Positions 28,513 through 37,620 of a DNA stretch of 64,000 nt are shown here, one piece after another. The stretch spans positions 194,255 to 258,254 of the forward strand of contig CAZBED010000003.1 of assembly GCA_964490845.1 (NCBI GenBank), read 5' to 3'. The translations under genes were made by a program, and so were the position numbers. This DNA is from an uncultured Chitinophagales bacterium (GTDB lineage Bacteria; Bacteroidota; Bacteroidia; Chitinophagales; JADIYW01). Position 1 is the first letter of the stretch. Each line of letters starts with the position of its first letter. The notes below the pieces were generated by a model. That model did no database searches. It saw nothing but the letters and a program-made list of their open reading frames with translations, and was not told the origin of the DNA.

Positions 28513-29059
28513 CGTCTACTGCAACTATGCCGTTTACACGGCGGATGGTATAATTAGAAAAGTCCTCATTGGCATCAAAGCCGACACCGTAAATGACATT
28601 ATCCGGCGTTCGTATCTTAATGTGTTTATCTGTAAATATTTTCTTGTCCCGCATGTTCCACGTAAGCGCCTGCGTTTCCAGAATTTCATTCCGTGCATTT
28701 TCCATATACACATTGCCGGATATTTTCACGACCTGCTCGGCATCATTATTTTCGGCATAGTCCGCTTTCAGCACGGAGATCAGTTTCAACTGCTCATAAA
28801 ACTTAACCAGCAGTCCGTCGGTAAACTCCAGCTTGCTTTGTGATTTCACATATCGTTTCACCGTTTTTCCGGTAACCACCGCGCGCACGTATTCACCTTC
28901 TTTATAGGAAAACCGGACACTGTCCGCAACCTCCACATCGGCATCCTTTTCATTAAACATTGACTTTACCTTCGCCAAATCATTCTCCTTACACGACATA
29001 AAACTAAAGCCGCCAATCAGTAAGCACCAAGCATAAAAAATATGTGATTTTCTTTTCAT
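28490..29059 (-). CDS. LptC-like (OstA/LptC-fold) periplasmic lipoprotein
   Basis: 189 aa with a lipoprotein-type signal (GGFSFMSC|KEN). Size, beta-rich composition and position in the conserved M23/CNNM block fit Bacteroidota LptC. Assignment is by resemblance only. Confidence 0.55.
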   Translation of the reverse strand: MKRKSHIFYAWCLLIGGFSFMSCKENDLAKVKSMFNEKDADVEVADSVRFSYKEGEYVRAVVTGKTVKRYVKSQSKLEFTDGLLVKFYEQLKLISVLKADYAENNDAEQVVKISGNVYMENARNEILETQALTWNMRDKKIFTDKHIKIRTPDNVIYGVGFDANEDFSNYTIRRVNGIVAVDDAKGFQE

Positions 29060-29088
29060 TGAACAGTGACAGACGCCCGTAATTTTAT

Positions 29089-30468
29089 TTATTTTCTGTA
29101 AATCCAGTCAGCAGGATTCAGCTTTGCGGCACCTTTCCATATTTCCAGATGCACCTCTGTAATATTATCTTCATCGGTGTATGCCTTTCCTATGACTTGC
29201 TTGGTCGCAATTTTCTGTCCTTTGGAAACGTTCACCGATTCCAGTTTAGAATACACGGTAAAGTATTCTCCGTGGCTGATAATAACGGCATTCTTGAACG
29301 TAGGATTATTTAATATTCCAACAACTTTGCCTTCAAACAGGCAACGAACACTGGTATTGGCGTCTGTCCGAATATCAATCCCGTTGTTTTCAAAAGAGAC
29401 GTTATTGAGTTCAGGATGATTATACCGGCCAAAGCCCTTGCTGATAAAACCTTTCTCCACCGGCCAGGGCAACTTTCCTTTATTGCCGTAAAAATTAGAC
29501 GTCAGTTGTGTATATTCCGGAGTAGAGGTAACCACCACCGGCGTTTCTTTTTTGGTGGCAGCTTCTTCCATCTCTTTGGTTACCGGCTTTCCCTCCGATT
29601 TCGCTTTCTTAATTGCTTCTTCCGCCGCTTTCTTTTTAGCCGCTTCCGCCGCCGCCAGTTTTGAAGCTTCTTCCTTCTGTCGTTTTTCTTCAGCCAATCT
29701 CGCGGCTTCAATTTCTTTTTTGATAATGGCTTCAATCTGGGCGTCCAGTTTAGCCGTTTCCGATTGTTTTTTGGCAATATTTTTCTGCAGTTCCTGTTCT
29801 TTCTTTTTCAGCGACTGCACCACGGTATTTTTTTGGGTAACGGATTTATTTAATTGCTGTTTTTCCTGAACCTGGTCGGTCAGTAATTCTTCCTTTACCT
29901 TTTTTTTCTGGTCAATGGCTGCAATCTGTCCGCTGATTTCTGATTTTTTATCTATAATCTGAGTCGCCTGCTGATTTCTGAATGTGGCATATCTGCGCAA
30001 ATAATTTACCCGGCGCAATGCCTCGGAAAATGAATTGGCATTTACGACAAACAGCAATTTATCAGCAAAGCGCTGGTTCTTATAAATCCGGACAATGGCG
30101 TCGCTGTATTCCTTCTTCAGTTTTTGTAATTGCTGTTCTTTTTGTTTCAGGGAATCTACATTCTGATTAATCTTTACGGTATATCCGTCAATCTCGTGCT
30201 GCACTTCCTTAATCAGTTTCTGCCTTAATTCAATTTGCTTCGTCAGCGCCGTTAAGTCCGCCAGAGTGGCATCTTTAGAAGCCTTTGTTTTAGTGAGCAA
30301 CTGCTGTGTGAACTGAATCTCCTCCAGCAATTTTTTCTTTTTTGCTTCCAGTGTGGCCTTGTTATTTTGCGCTGAAGCTGCTGAAACAAATACCAGTATC
30401 GAAACGACCAACAACATCCTGTTCGCAGTATCCATTAAAAAATCGGGTATGGCAGACTTATTTTTCAA
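29089..30468 (-). CDS. Coiled-coil M23 peptidase-domain protein (EnvC-like murein hydrolase activator)
   Basis: Long Q/K/E-rich coiled coil, then a C-terminal LytM/M23 domain (NGIDIRT...HGEYFTVYSKL...HLEIW). Overlaps the DUF4292 stop by 11 nt; an alternative start is ATG 30435. Confidence 0.85.
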   Translation of the reverse strand: MKNKSAIPDFLMDTANRMLLVVSILVFVSAASAQNNKATLEAKKKKLLEEIQFTQQLLTKTKASKDATLADLTALTKQIELRQKLIKEVQHEIDGYTVKINQNVDSLKQKEQQLQKLKKEYSDAIVRIYKNQRFADKLLFVVNANSFSEALRRVNYLRRYATFRNQQATQIIDKKSEISGQIAAIDQKKKVKEELLTDQVQEKQQLNKSVTQKNTVVQSLKKKEQELQKNIAKKQSETAKLDAQIEAIIKKEIEAARLAEEKRQKEEASKLAAAEAAKKKAAEEAIKKAKSEGKPVTKEMEEAATKKETPVVVTSTPEYTQLTSNFYGNKGKLPWPVEKGFISKGFGRYNHPELNNVSFENNGIDIRTDANTSVRCLFEGKVVGILNNPTFKNAVIISHGEYFTVYSKLESVNVSKGQKIATKQVIGKAYTDEDNITEVHLEIWKGAAKLNPADWIYRK

Positions 30469-31282
30469 TGGTATAATTTGGATAAAGGGTAAACGGGTAT
30501 TCTAAATTCTGACGAAGTTCTATACTCTGAAATTTTGCCACCATCTCAAAGGTTTCCATTCCGCTTCTCATGACCAGTGTCCTGTCCATGGAAAAAGATT
30601 TGCCCAACTGCTCCTGATAGTTGTCATAAGCGGATTCGATGGTGCGCGAAAACAACTTATCTGTAACAAAAAAAGACATCAAATGATTGGTTTTTTTGTC
30701 GAAGACGACAGACGTCAGAAACCGCTGGCCATCCGCCGAGATGGTTGTATTTGTAGCGTTATTGGCATATTTCGCTTTGGTGGTATCTGTAAAAACCAGC
30801 TGTCCGAGCAGAATATTTTCGATATCGGAAAAGGATAAATCAACATACGCCTTTTCTTTCAGATAGGAGAGCGGTTTCAAAATATATCTGCTGTTTATCT
30901 TATCCATAATTTTTATGCTGTCCTTTGTAATTAAGACACGTGCACCTTCAATCCCAATAATAGACATCGAGAGCCATATTTTCTCACCTTTTTTCCAACG
31001 AATGTTAGTTGTAAAACTTTGGTTGAGGGTGGGAGAAGATACTTTCGTTTTCATTTTTGCCGTTAACTCCTGGAAAGATGGCTCATTTGCTTTTAATCCT
31101 TTGAGCAAGGCTACCACATTGGCATCAATGGGCGTGACTGCCGGCTTCTGAGCTGCTGTGGCGGCAGGTTTGACAGGTGTAATGGCCGTTCTCTTGGTAT
31201 GGCTGCATCCTGAAATCAGCAGCAACACAACCATCCTGACTATAAAACCTGTGATATATGGCTGAATGGTATTTTTCTTCAT
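30458..31282 (-). CDS. DUF4292-like lipoprotein
   Basis: Lipobox LLISGC|SH. Conserved position between the TPR protein and the M23 protein in Bacteroidota. Family name recalled from this synteny. Confidence 0.6.
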   Translation of the reverse strand: MKKNTIQPYITGFIVRMVVLLLISGCSHTKRTAITPVKPAATAAQKPAVTPIDANVVALLKGLKANEPSFQELTAKMKTKVSSPTLNQSFTTNIRWKKGEKIWLSMSIIGIEGARVLITKDSIKIMDKINSRYILKPLSYLKEKAYVDLSFSDIENILLGQLVFTDTTKAKYANNATNTTISADGQRFLTSVVFDKKTNHLMSFFVTDKLFSRTIESAYDNYQEQLGKSFSMDRTLVMRSGMETFEMVAKFQSIELRQNLEYPFTLYPNYTIEK

Positions 31283-31336
31283 TTCTACTATGTCTATCCG
31301 GAACGGGTTAAACTATGGCTACAAAAACGGTCGCTT

Positions 31337-33097
31337 TTATATTCCTGCCTTTATTTTGCTTTCCAGTGCTTCTTTATCGCCGCCTTTTTCGATGGCTCTT
31401 TTCCATTGTTCAATTGCTTTCTGTGTCTGTCCGGCTTTGAAGAGGATATCGCCGTAGTGAGACAGCAGTTCCGCCCGTTCTTTCGAATCCGGCAGCGCCA
31501 TGGCTTGCTCTATCCAGTCAAGTGCCTCATCGTAGTTTTTCATTTTATACATTATCCAGGCGTATGTATCTATGAATGCGGAATTATTATCAACCAGCAA
31601 ATTGGATTTCTTGCTCATGCGTTCCGCCTTCTCAAGTTTCATATTTCTTTCAGAAAGGTAATAGGCATAGTTATTCAAAACAGTGGCATTGTTCGGGTCT
31701 ATTTCCAAAGCAGCTTCATAGGAGCTATCCGTACGGTCGTATTCTTTAAGTTCAAAGGACAAATCGCCCAGCAATATCAGCATCTGCAGGGAGAGCTGTG
31801 GTGTCACCGCCGCATTCTTACTGTTCTGCTGCATGGCAAAGGCGGTCATCAATACGGCTGCGGCTTCTTTTTGGTTTTTCTTCTGCTGATTCGCAATCGC
31901 GTTGTAAAAATAACCAAACGGGTCGTCGGGATTTTTTTCTATTCCTTTTTTAGTGTATACCATCAGATTGTCATAATCCTCCAGTTCGGCGTTGAGAATA
32001 TACAATTGAATCCAAACGGTAGCCGGCACATCGCTCATGTTGACGGCTTTGATGTACTCTGCCTGAGCTTCTTTTTTCTTACCCACATTGTATAACACGT
32101 CTGCCCGGGCAGTGATAGCCTTTACATCGTTCGGATGCAATTCTATCAGCATATCCGCCATTTTCATCACTTCCGTTTTCAGAGTGGAGTCTCTGGCCAG
32201 TTTTTCGATATAGGGAATAATGGTCAGGATTTTAGCGTCAATATTGATATTCTTATTATTAAAAATCTTCTGAACCCATTCATCATGTTTGGATAAATTT
32301 CCGCTCTTTCGGTACATCTCTGCCAGCGACATCATCGCATAGGCATTATTAGGGTCTGTTTCAAGCATTCCCTGATAAACGGTTATGGCCTTGTCATACA
32401 TTTTATACGACTCGTATATTTCTCCAATTAATCCGATATAGCGGGTATCATCCGGGTATAGTTTTATGAGTTTCTCAACATCATTGATACATTCATCAAT
32501 TTTTCCCATTTTCAGCAGAAGGGGTTCCTTCTGAAAAACAAGTTCTTCCGAAACACCTGTCTTTTGCTCCAGTTGATTGTAAACATCTACCGCCTCTTTC
32601 AGCTTGCCTGCCTTTGACAACATATAAGCCCAATCATAGTAATAGTCGTAATCCTTCGGAGCCAGCTTTACTACCAGGTCGTACACTTTGGCTGCTCCTT
32701 CAAAATCATTTTTTTCAGCCTTCGCTTCTGCCAGGTACTGATAATAATATTCGTTATTCGGTTCATATTTGATGGCAGATTGCGCATATTCTATGGCCTT
32801 ATCCATATTACCGGCTTCAAAAGCAATCTTAGCCAGCAAATAGTAGGCTGCATGATTTTTACTGTCGCGTCTTAATACCTCATTGAACTTAGCGATAGCA
32901 TCTTGCGTATTTCCCAAAAGATAGGCCTGCATACCTTCTATAAAAACGGATTGCTCCTCCACATCTTTTTTGGTTATCGGGGCTGCCTGCTCGGAATTAC
33001 TCTCTTTCTTTTTCTTACCTGCCAATGCAGGCAGGCCATCTCCTATCAGGAGATAACTCAACAAAAAAAATGAAATGAAATATTGTTTTCTGTTCAC
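31337..33097 (-). CDS. Tetratricopeptide-repeat protein (secreted)
   Basis: 586 aa with a signal peptide and many TPR-like units (A..Y..A......G....A...Y..A....P). Confidence 0.8.
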   Translation of the reverse strand: MNRKQYFISFFLLSYLLIGDGLPALAGKKKKESNSEQAAPITKKDVEEQSVFIEGMQAYLLGNTQDAIAKFNEVLRRDSKNHAAYYLLAKIAFEAGNMDKAIEYAQSAIKYEPNNEYYYQYLAEAKAEKNDFEGAAKVYDLVVKLAPKDYDYYYDWAYMLSKAGKLKEAVDVYNQLEQKTGVSEELVFQKEPLLLKMGKIDECINDVEKLIKLYPDDTRYIGLIGEIYESYKMYDKAITVYQGMLETDPNNAYAMMSLAEMYRKSGNLSKHDEWVQKIFNNKNINIDAKILTIIPYIEKLARDSTLKTEVMKMADMLIELHPNDVKAITARADVLYNVGKKKEAQAEYIKAVNMSDVPATVWIQLYILNAELEDYDNLMVYTKKGIEKNPDDPFGYFYNAIANQQKKNQKEAAAVLMTAFAMQQNSKNAAVTPQLSLQMLILLGDLSFELKEYDRTDSSYEAALEIDPNNATVLNNYAYYLSERNMKLEKAERMSKKSNLLVDNNSAFIDTYAWIMYKMKNYDEALDWIEQAMALPDSKERAELLSHYGDILFKAGQTQKAIEQWKRAIEKGGDKEALESKIKAGI

Positions 33098-33223
33098 GTT
33101 AGTATATTGGTTTTTACCGTCTTTAAAGTAATTTGTCTGTCGGCATATTCTAATCTAACATTTCCGGCAGTAAAATATGCTGAAAAGAAGATGGAATTAA
33201 CATTATTTAAGTGGGGACAACGC

Positions 33224-33658
33224 TCACTTTACGCCGGTATGACCGAAGCCGCCTTCACCGCGCTCGGTTTCATTTAATTCATCCACTTCCTTCAGTTGCA
33301 CTTTTTCATATTTGGAGATAATCATCTGCGCTATTCGTTCGCCGGTATTAATGACCGTTGTTTCATTGGACAGATTTATCATGATGACTTTTATCTCGCC
33401 TCTGTAGTCAGAGTCTATGGTACCCGGTGAGTTCAGCACCGTAACGCCTTTTTTTAGCGCCAGTCCGCTTCTCGGGCGCACCTGCGCTTCATAGCCATCC
33501 GGCAGTTCTATATACAATCCTGTTGGAATCAATGCGCGTTGCAAAGGTTTCAACATGACCGGTTCCTGCAACTGTGCACGCAAATCCATTCCGGCAGAGC
33601 CTGTGGTTTCATAGACCGGCAACGGGTTATCTGATGTGTTTACAATTTTTAACTTCAT
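33224..33658 (-). CDS. dut: dUTP diphosphatase
   Basis: 144 aa. Motifs [26 protein letters not shown] and the C-terminal GGFGHTG are canonical. Confidence 0.95.
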   Translation of the reverse strand: MKLKIVNTSDNPLPVYETTGSAGMDLRAQLQEPVMLKPLQRALIPTGLYIELPDGYEAQVRPRSGLALKKGVTVLNSPGTIDSDYRGEIKVIMINLSNETTVINTGERIAQMIISKYEKVQLKEVDELNETERGEGGFGHTGVK

Positions 33659-33748
33659 TTCTTTTTATTGAATGGTGGCCGTTGTGTAATTAGTGATTAC
33701 ACGTTCCCCTACACAACCTACAAATATAAGGAGATTTTCACTAAGATA

Positions 33749-35194
33749 TCATCTTTTCTTTTCCAAATACCAGGCCGAAAAAATATAGAACCCAAGCATA
33801 CCGGTTGCTATAACGGTATTCGCCCAAAGCGGTAATTGCAGCGGCAAAACGAGATATTGCAGGAACAGAAACAGGATGACAGCCAGTAACAGATAAAACA
33901 GAATCCTTTTATAATCATAAGGAATAGGGTAATATTTTTGTTCGGTTATATAGCCGATAAGCACCATGGAAATGTAACAGACCAGCGTTGCCCAGGCGGC
34001 GCCCCAATAGCCTATTTTCGGAACGAGCATCACATTCATAATAATTGTGATGAGTGCGCCAATAAATGCGATAACCGCTCCAATATATGTTTTGTCCGTA
34101 ATTTTATACCACGTGGAAATATTGAAATAAATGCCAAGGCAAATATTTGCCAGCAGCAAAATCGGAACAATACCCACACCGGCAAAATACGCTTCCGACT
34201 TTGGCGAATACAGAATGAACAAAAACTGAATCAGCGGCATAAACAACGTGATGAGCAGGAACAGCACACAGACGCAGATGGTGTAGTATTTCATCGTAGC
34301 TGCCAATACACTTTTACTATCCGACTTTTCCGCATGCCGGAAAAAGACAGGCTCCGCCGCAAACCGGTATGCCTGCAAAAACATGGTCACCAGCATGGCA
34401 AATTTGTAGTTGAACCCATAAATTCCCAACTGCTCTTTATTGGTCAAATCATCATACGGCAACAAACGGGTCATGATAATTCTGTCCAGCACCTCATTAA
34501 TCATCCCGGCAAAGCCTACCAGCATGATGGGCATAGCATAGTGCAGCATCTTCTTATACAACGCTCTGTCGAGGCTTCCTTTCAATTGCCGGAATTGTCC
34601 GAGCAATAACAAAAACGTACAGACACTTGCAATGATATTAGCGATAAAGATGTATGATACTTTCGTAACGGCAAGTTCATATCCCAGTTGAGGGAGCACC
34701 ATAAAAAACAGGGCATTGAATAGGATAAACAACAGGATATTCAGCACCTTTAATCCTGCAAACAAGATAGGCCGGCCTTGTCCGCGCAGGCTTGCAAACG
34801 GGACGGCAGCCAATGCATCAAATGCCATCATCCAGGTAAAAAACTGAACATAGAGCGCAGGCTCTTTGACATAATCCGCTATGGGCCGACAAAAAAGATA
34901 CCCGACGGTGATAAACACCGCCACCACCGTAAAAATAGAGAAGAAAGCCGTAGTAAAGGCATCTTCTTTATTTTGCTCCTTGTTGACAAACCGAAAGAAT
35001 GCCGTTTCCATACCATGTGTCAACACAACCAGAACAAATCCGGCATAGGCATAAAAATTGGTATAGGTGCCAAACTCCGCCTGTGATATATATTTGATGA
35101 TTAAAAAACCGAACAGGAAGTTAATCAGGCGCGCCAGTATGCTGCTGACGCCATAGGCTGCTGTATCTCCTGCTAATTTTTTTACTATGCTCAA
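33749..35194 (-). CDS. MOP-superfamily oligosaccharide/polysaccharide flippase (Wzx/MurJ-like)
   Basis: 481 aa with ~12-14 TM helices. N-terminus KKLAGDTAAYGVSSILARLINFL is typical of polysaccharide biosynthesis/flippase proteins. Confidence 0.75.
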   Translation of the reverse strand: MSIVKKLAGDTAAYGVSSILARLINFLFGFLIIKYISQAEFGTYTNFYAYAGFVLVVLTHGMETAFFRFVNKEQNKEDAFTTAFFSIFTVVAVFITVGYLFCRPIADYVKEPALYVQFFTWMMAFDALAAVPFASLRGQGRPILFAGLKVLNILLFILFNALFFMVLPQLGYELAVTKVSYIFIANIIASVCTFLLLLGQFRQLKGSLDRALYKKMLHYAMPIMLVGFAGMINEVLDRIIMTRLLPYDDLTNKEQLGIYGFNYKFAMLVTMFLQAYRFAAEPVFFRHAEKSDSKSVLAATMKYYTICVCVLFLLITLFMPLIQFLFILYSPKSEAYFAGVGIVPILLLANICLGIYFNISTWYKITDKTYIGAVIAFIGALITIIMNVMLVPKIGYWGAAWATLVCYISMVLIGYITEQKYYPIPYDYKRILFYLLLAVILFLFLQYLVLPLQLPLWANTVIATGMLGFYIFSAWYLEKKR

Positions 35195-35288
35195 AATACA
35201 ATGATTCTGTTCAGCGAAGTTAGTAATTTAAACGGGATTCTCTTTCCTATAAACAACCAGGGTTCGGCAACCGGGCTGTGTTATTATA

Positions 35289-36449
35289 CTATCGGTTAGA
35301 TTTGGCGGGCAGCCAACAGTTCACCAAAGAACCTGTTTTTTCTTCCGGGGTTTTTGTCAACTGCAGGTCTTTATTCCTGCTCAGGATAGTATTCCCGTCG
35401 GAACCCATATTCCATAAATCACCACGCAGGAATACATGCACTCCTGCCTGCATCCCCTGCATTTCGGCAGTTCTCTGCGCGCTGTATTTCATCCATGCTT
35501 CCAGTTCAGTTATTTGGTTTGCATCCCCTTTATCTACATCGGCAGGTGTGGGAGCGCCGCTATAGCCCCGCCATTTTTCCTGCATGGTATTATTTCCGGA
35601 AACAAAAGATGGAACGGCCAGTATGTCTGTTTTCTTGTCTGTTATCTTTTTAAAAATTTCTGGATACCAGGCATCGGCACAAATCAATATCGCTAAGTTG
35701 CCGGCCGGAGTTTTGTATACCGGAATATCTTCTATCACGGCACGCCTGGTAAATGATTTTTCTTCTTCAATCGGGAATTGTTTTTGGGTTAATGGTGTCA
35801 TTACCCGTCCATTTTTATCAAAGACCGCGGAGATATTATACAGGCTGCCTCCTTTGTGTATCTCCATTTTACCGTCTTGAACAGATGGATCCGGTAATAC
35901 GATAGAACCGGCTACTATGGTCACACCAAATTCTTTAGAAAGTTTTGAAAACGTATGCTGATAGATTTCCAGCATCTTTGATGCTTTCATTTTAAATAGG
36001 GCTTCTTTATTTTTTTCTTTTGCAGAGGTACTCATGTATGTCCATCCGAATTTGCCGATATTGGAATACACAATGGTCTTCATTGCATCTTTCAGTGAGC
36101 TGTCTTTATATATTTTTGTTTTTTCATTTACGGCCACCAGCCACGTTCCAATATATTCTGGCAATACAACTACCGTGGAATCGTTCAGCAATTTTTTTTG
36201 CTGAGCCAGGATCAGGTAATAATGCAGCATATTGTGAAAAGCTTCTTCCGAAGAGAAATCATAGGTATGCAGGTAAGGCGACAGAGCCAGGATATTTCCT
36301 TTGCCCGCATTCGTTCCATAGCTTTCAAAATTGCCGATAACGTATCGGGGATACAACGATTGTACGGTTTGCATTCTGTCCGAAGCCGCCCAAAAATTAT
36401 AGGCAGCAACAGGCAACAACAGCAGTAGTATAAGACGGCCTTTTTTCAT
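35289..36449 (-). CDS. Secreted carbon-nitrogen hydrolase (nitrilase superfamily) protein
   Basis: Signal peptide. The catalytic-Cys context AILICADAWYPE is typical of CN hydrolases. Confidence 0.7.
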   Translation of the reverse strand: MKKGRLILLLLLPVAAYNFWAASDRMQTVQSLYPRYVIGNFESYGTNAGKGNILALSPYLHTYDFSSEEAFHNMLHYYLILAQQKKLLNDSTVVVLPEYIGTWLVAVNEKTKIYKDSSLKDAMKTIVYSNIGKFGWTYMSTSAKEKNKEALFKMKASKMLEIYQHTFSKLSKEFGVTIVAGSIVLPDPSVQDGKMEIHKGGSLYNISAVFDKNGRVMTPLTQKQFPIEEEKSFTRRAVIEDIPVYKTPAGNLAILICADAWYPEIFKKITDKKTDILAVPSFVSGNNTMQEKWRGYSGAPTPADVDKGDANQITELEAWMKYSAQRTAEMQGMQAGVHVFLRGDLWNMGSDGNTILSRNKDLQLTKTPEEKTGSLVNCWLPAKSNR

Positions 36450-36550
36450 ACAATGTATTATAATACCTGTGGTTAATCAGATATGCTGTAATAGCGTATA
36501 AAGATATTGAGAAACAATTATTTTTTAATGCTCCATTTATAATAAAACTG

Positions 36551-36558
36551 TAGCTTTG
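36551..36558 (+). promoter_or_regulatory. -7 promoter box (TAGCTTTG)
   Basis: Matches TAnnTTTG. It overlaps the TTG at 36556 used by the ORF track, which argues for the downstream ATG 36601 as the true start. Confidence 0.45.
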
Positions 36559-36600
36559 TATAATGCTGTTTATCCTTTACAGGATCAGTTTATTTTGCCT

Positions 36601-37347
36601 ATGTTTGAGAATTACCCCAAGAAAAGACCGGAACTTCCTATAGCATTTCAGGAAATTTATGCAGACCATTATAAGAAAAACAGGGATGGAGGGACAAGAG
36701 CATCTTCTCTTTCTCAACGAATGGAAGCCTGGATGCACCGGCAGGTTGCCAGAGATGTGATCGGACGGCATCATCTTGCTACACTGGAAATCGGCGCCGG
36801 CACCTTAAACCAGCTGAATTATGAGCAAACCCGGCCATATGATATCATTGAACCATTTTCGGAATTATTCAGCCAATCGCATCATTTAGCCCAAATCGAT
36901 ACTATTTACAGGGATATTGATGATATTGGTACTGAAAAGCAATACGACAGGATTACGTCTATCGCCACTTTTGAGCATATCCTTGACCTGCCGAAGGTAG
37001 TTGCCAAAACGTGCTTGCTTCTTAAAGAGGGCGGAACTTTACGAGTGGCTATCCCTAATGAAGGTACCATCCTTTGGAAATTAGGCTGGAAATTGACTAC
37101 CGGAATTGAGTTTAAATTAAAGCACGGGCTGGATTATGAAATTATGATGCAACACGAACACGTTAATAATGCAGAGGAGGTAGATCAGGTGCTCACCTAC
37201 TTTTATAAGACGGTGCGGTGTTCCAGTTTTGGCATTAATAAGAAACTTGCTTTTTACCGGTATTACGAATGTTCGGTTCCCGACACTGTACGTGCAGTGG
37301 AATACTTACAGCACTATGCTGATGCTCAAGACAATCGGCAGCATTGA
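36601..37347 (+). CDS. Class I SAM-dependent methyltransferase
   Basis: Motif I LEIGAGTLNQL and motif post-I/II spacing. Start at ATG 36601 (MFENYPKK...). Confidence 0.7.
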   Translation: MFENYPKKRPELPIAFQEIYADHYKKNRDGGTRASSLSQRMEAWMHRQVARDVIGRHHLATLEIGAGTLNQLNYEQTRPYDIIEPFSELFSQSHHLAQIDTIYRDIDDIGTEKQYDRITSIATFEHILDLPKVVAKTCLLLKEGGTLRVAIPNEGTILWKLGWKLTTGIEFKLKHGLDYEIMMQHEHVNNAEEVDQVLTYFYKTVRCSSFGINKKLAFYRYYECSVPDTVRAVEYLQHYADAQDNRQH

Positions 37348-37374
37348 ATTCTGATGTTCCAGTAAATAAAAAAA

Positions 37375-37401
37375 GCCTTGCAAATGAATAATTTGCAAGG
37401 C
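37375..37401. terminator. Perfect 11-bp hairpin between the methyltransferase gene and the tRNA-Phe 3' remnant (attL side)
   Basis: GCCTTGCAAAT-GAATA-ATTTGCAAGGC, with A6 on the left, which reads as T6 after the stem on the minus strand. It has a diverged counterpart at 42734-42762. Confidence 0.65.
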
Positions 37402-37431
37402 GTTCTAAAAAATGTTTGTGGTGTGGGGCGG
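37396..37431. repeat. attL: 36-bp direct repeat containing a copy of the last 13 nt of tRNA-Phe
   Basis: CAAGGCGTTCTAAAAAATGTTTGTGGTGTGGGGCGG matches 42756-42791 at 33/36 positions, and the last 16 nt (TTGTGGTGTGGGGCGG) are identical. The sequences diverge completely after GGCGG. Confidence 0.8.
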
Positions 37432-37450
37432 ACTACACCACACTTTTTTT
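37417..37450 (+). terminator. Hairpin + T7 formed by the tRNA 3' remnant and the first element bases
   Basis: TGTGGTGT (37417-37424) pairs with ACACCACA (37435-37442) across a 10-nt loop, followed by C and TTTTTTT (37444-37450). Confidence 0.5.
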
Positions 37451-37559
37451 ACTTTTATTGTATTTGATATAACATTATGATACGCATTTAATTATCTGTA
37501 TTTATTGACAGTTTGACGTTATAAAATAATAAAGAGAAATAAAGAGAAATTAAAAAAAA

Positions 37560-37583
37560 GTGTACCGCAAAGTGTACCGCAAG
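37560..37583 (+). repeat. Tandem 12-nt-period repeat GTGTACCGCAAa GTGTACCGCAAg (candidate integrase arm-type sites), left copy
   Basis: The 24-nt string GTGTACCGCAAAGTGTACCGCAAG is repeated exactly, in the same orientation, at 42691-42714. Confidence 0.7.
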
Positions 37584-37618
37584 GAATAATTGAATATCTT
37601 TATACTGTTCAATTATTC
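37584..37618 (+). promoter_or_regulatory. Perfect 11-bp inverted repeat abutting the integrase start codon (candidate operator)
   Basis: GAATAATTGAA (37584-37594) - N13 - TTCAATTATTC (37608-37618); the ATG is at 37621. The 14-mer TGTTCAATTATTCT recurs at 40846-40859, upstream of the Rep-like gene. Confidence 0.45.
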
Positions 37619-37620
37619 TT

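Noticed and set aside
29552-29869. Apparent low-complexity DNA repeats and overlapping ORFs on both strands (105 aa plus strand, 65 aa minus strand)
   Set aside because: They are caused by the Lys/Ala/Glu-rich coiled-coil segment (KKAAEEAIKKAK...) of the M23/EnvC-like gene. This is not a repeat element and not separate genes.
31406-32095. 229-aa plus-strand ORF
   Set aside because: It lies entirely antisense within the TPR protein gene (31337-33097). Its composition (His/Phe/Gln/Arg-rich) is typical of a shadow frame, and the TPR frame has clear repeat motifs.
33938-34609. 223-aa plus-strand ORF
   Set aside because: It is antisense to the 14-TM flippase gene. It is highly charged and His/Arg/Gln-rich, which fits a mirror frame of a hydrophobic gene, and it has no start context.
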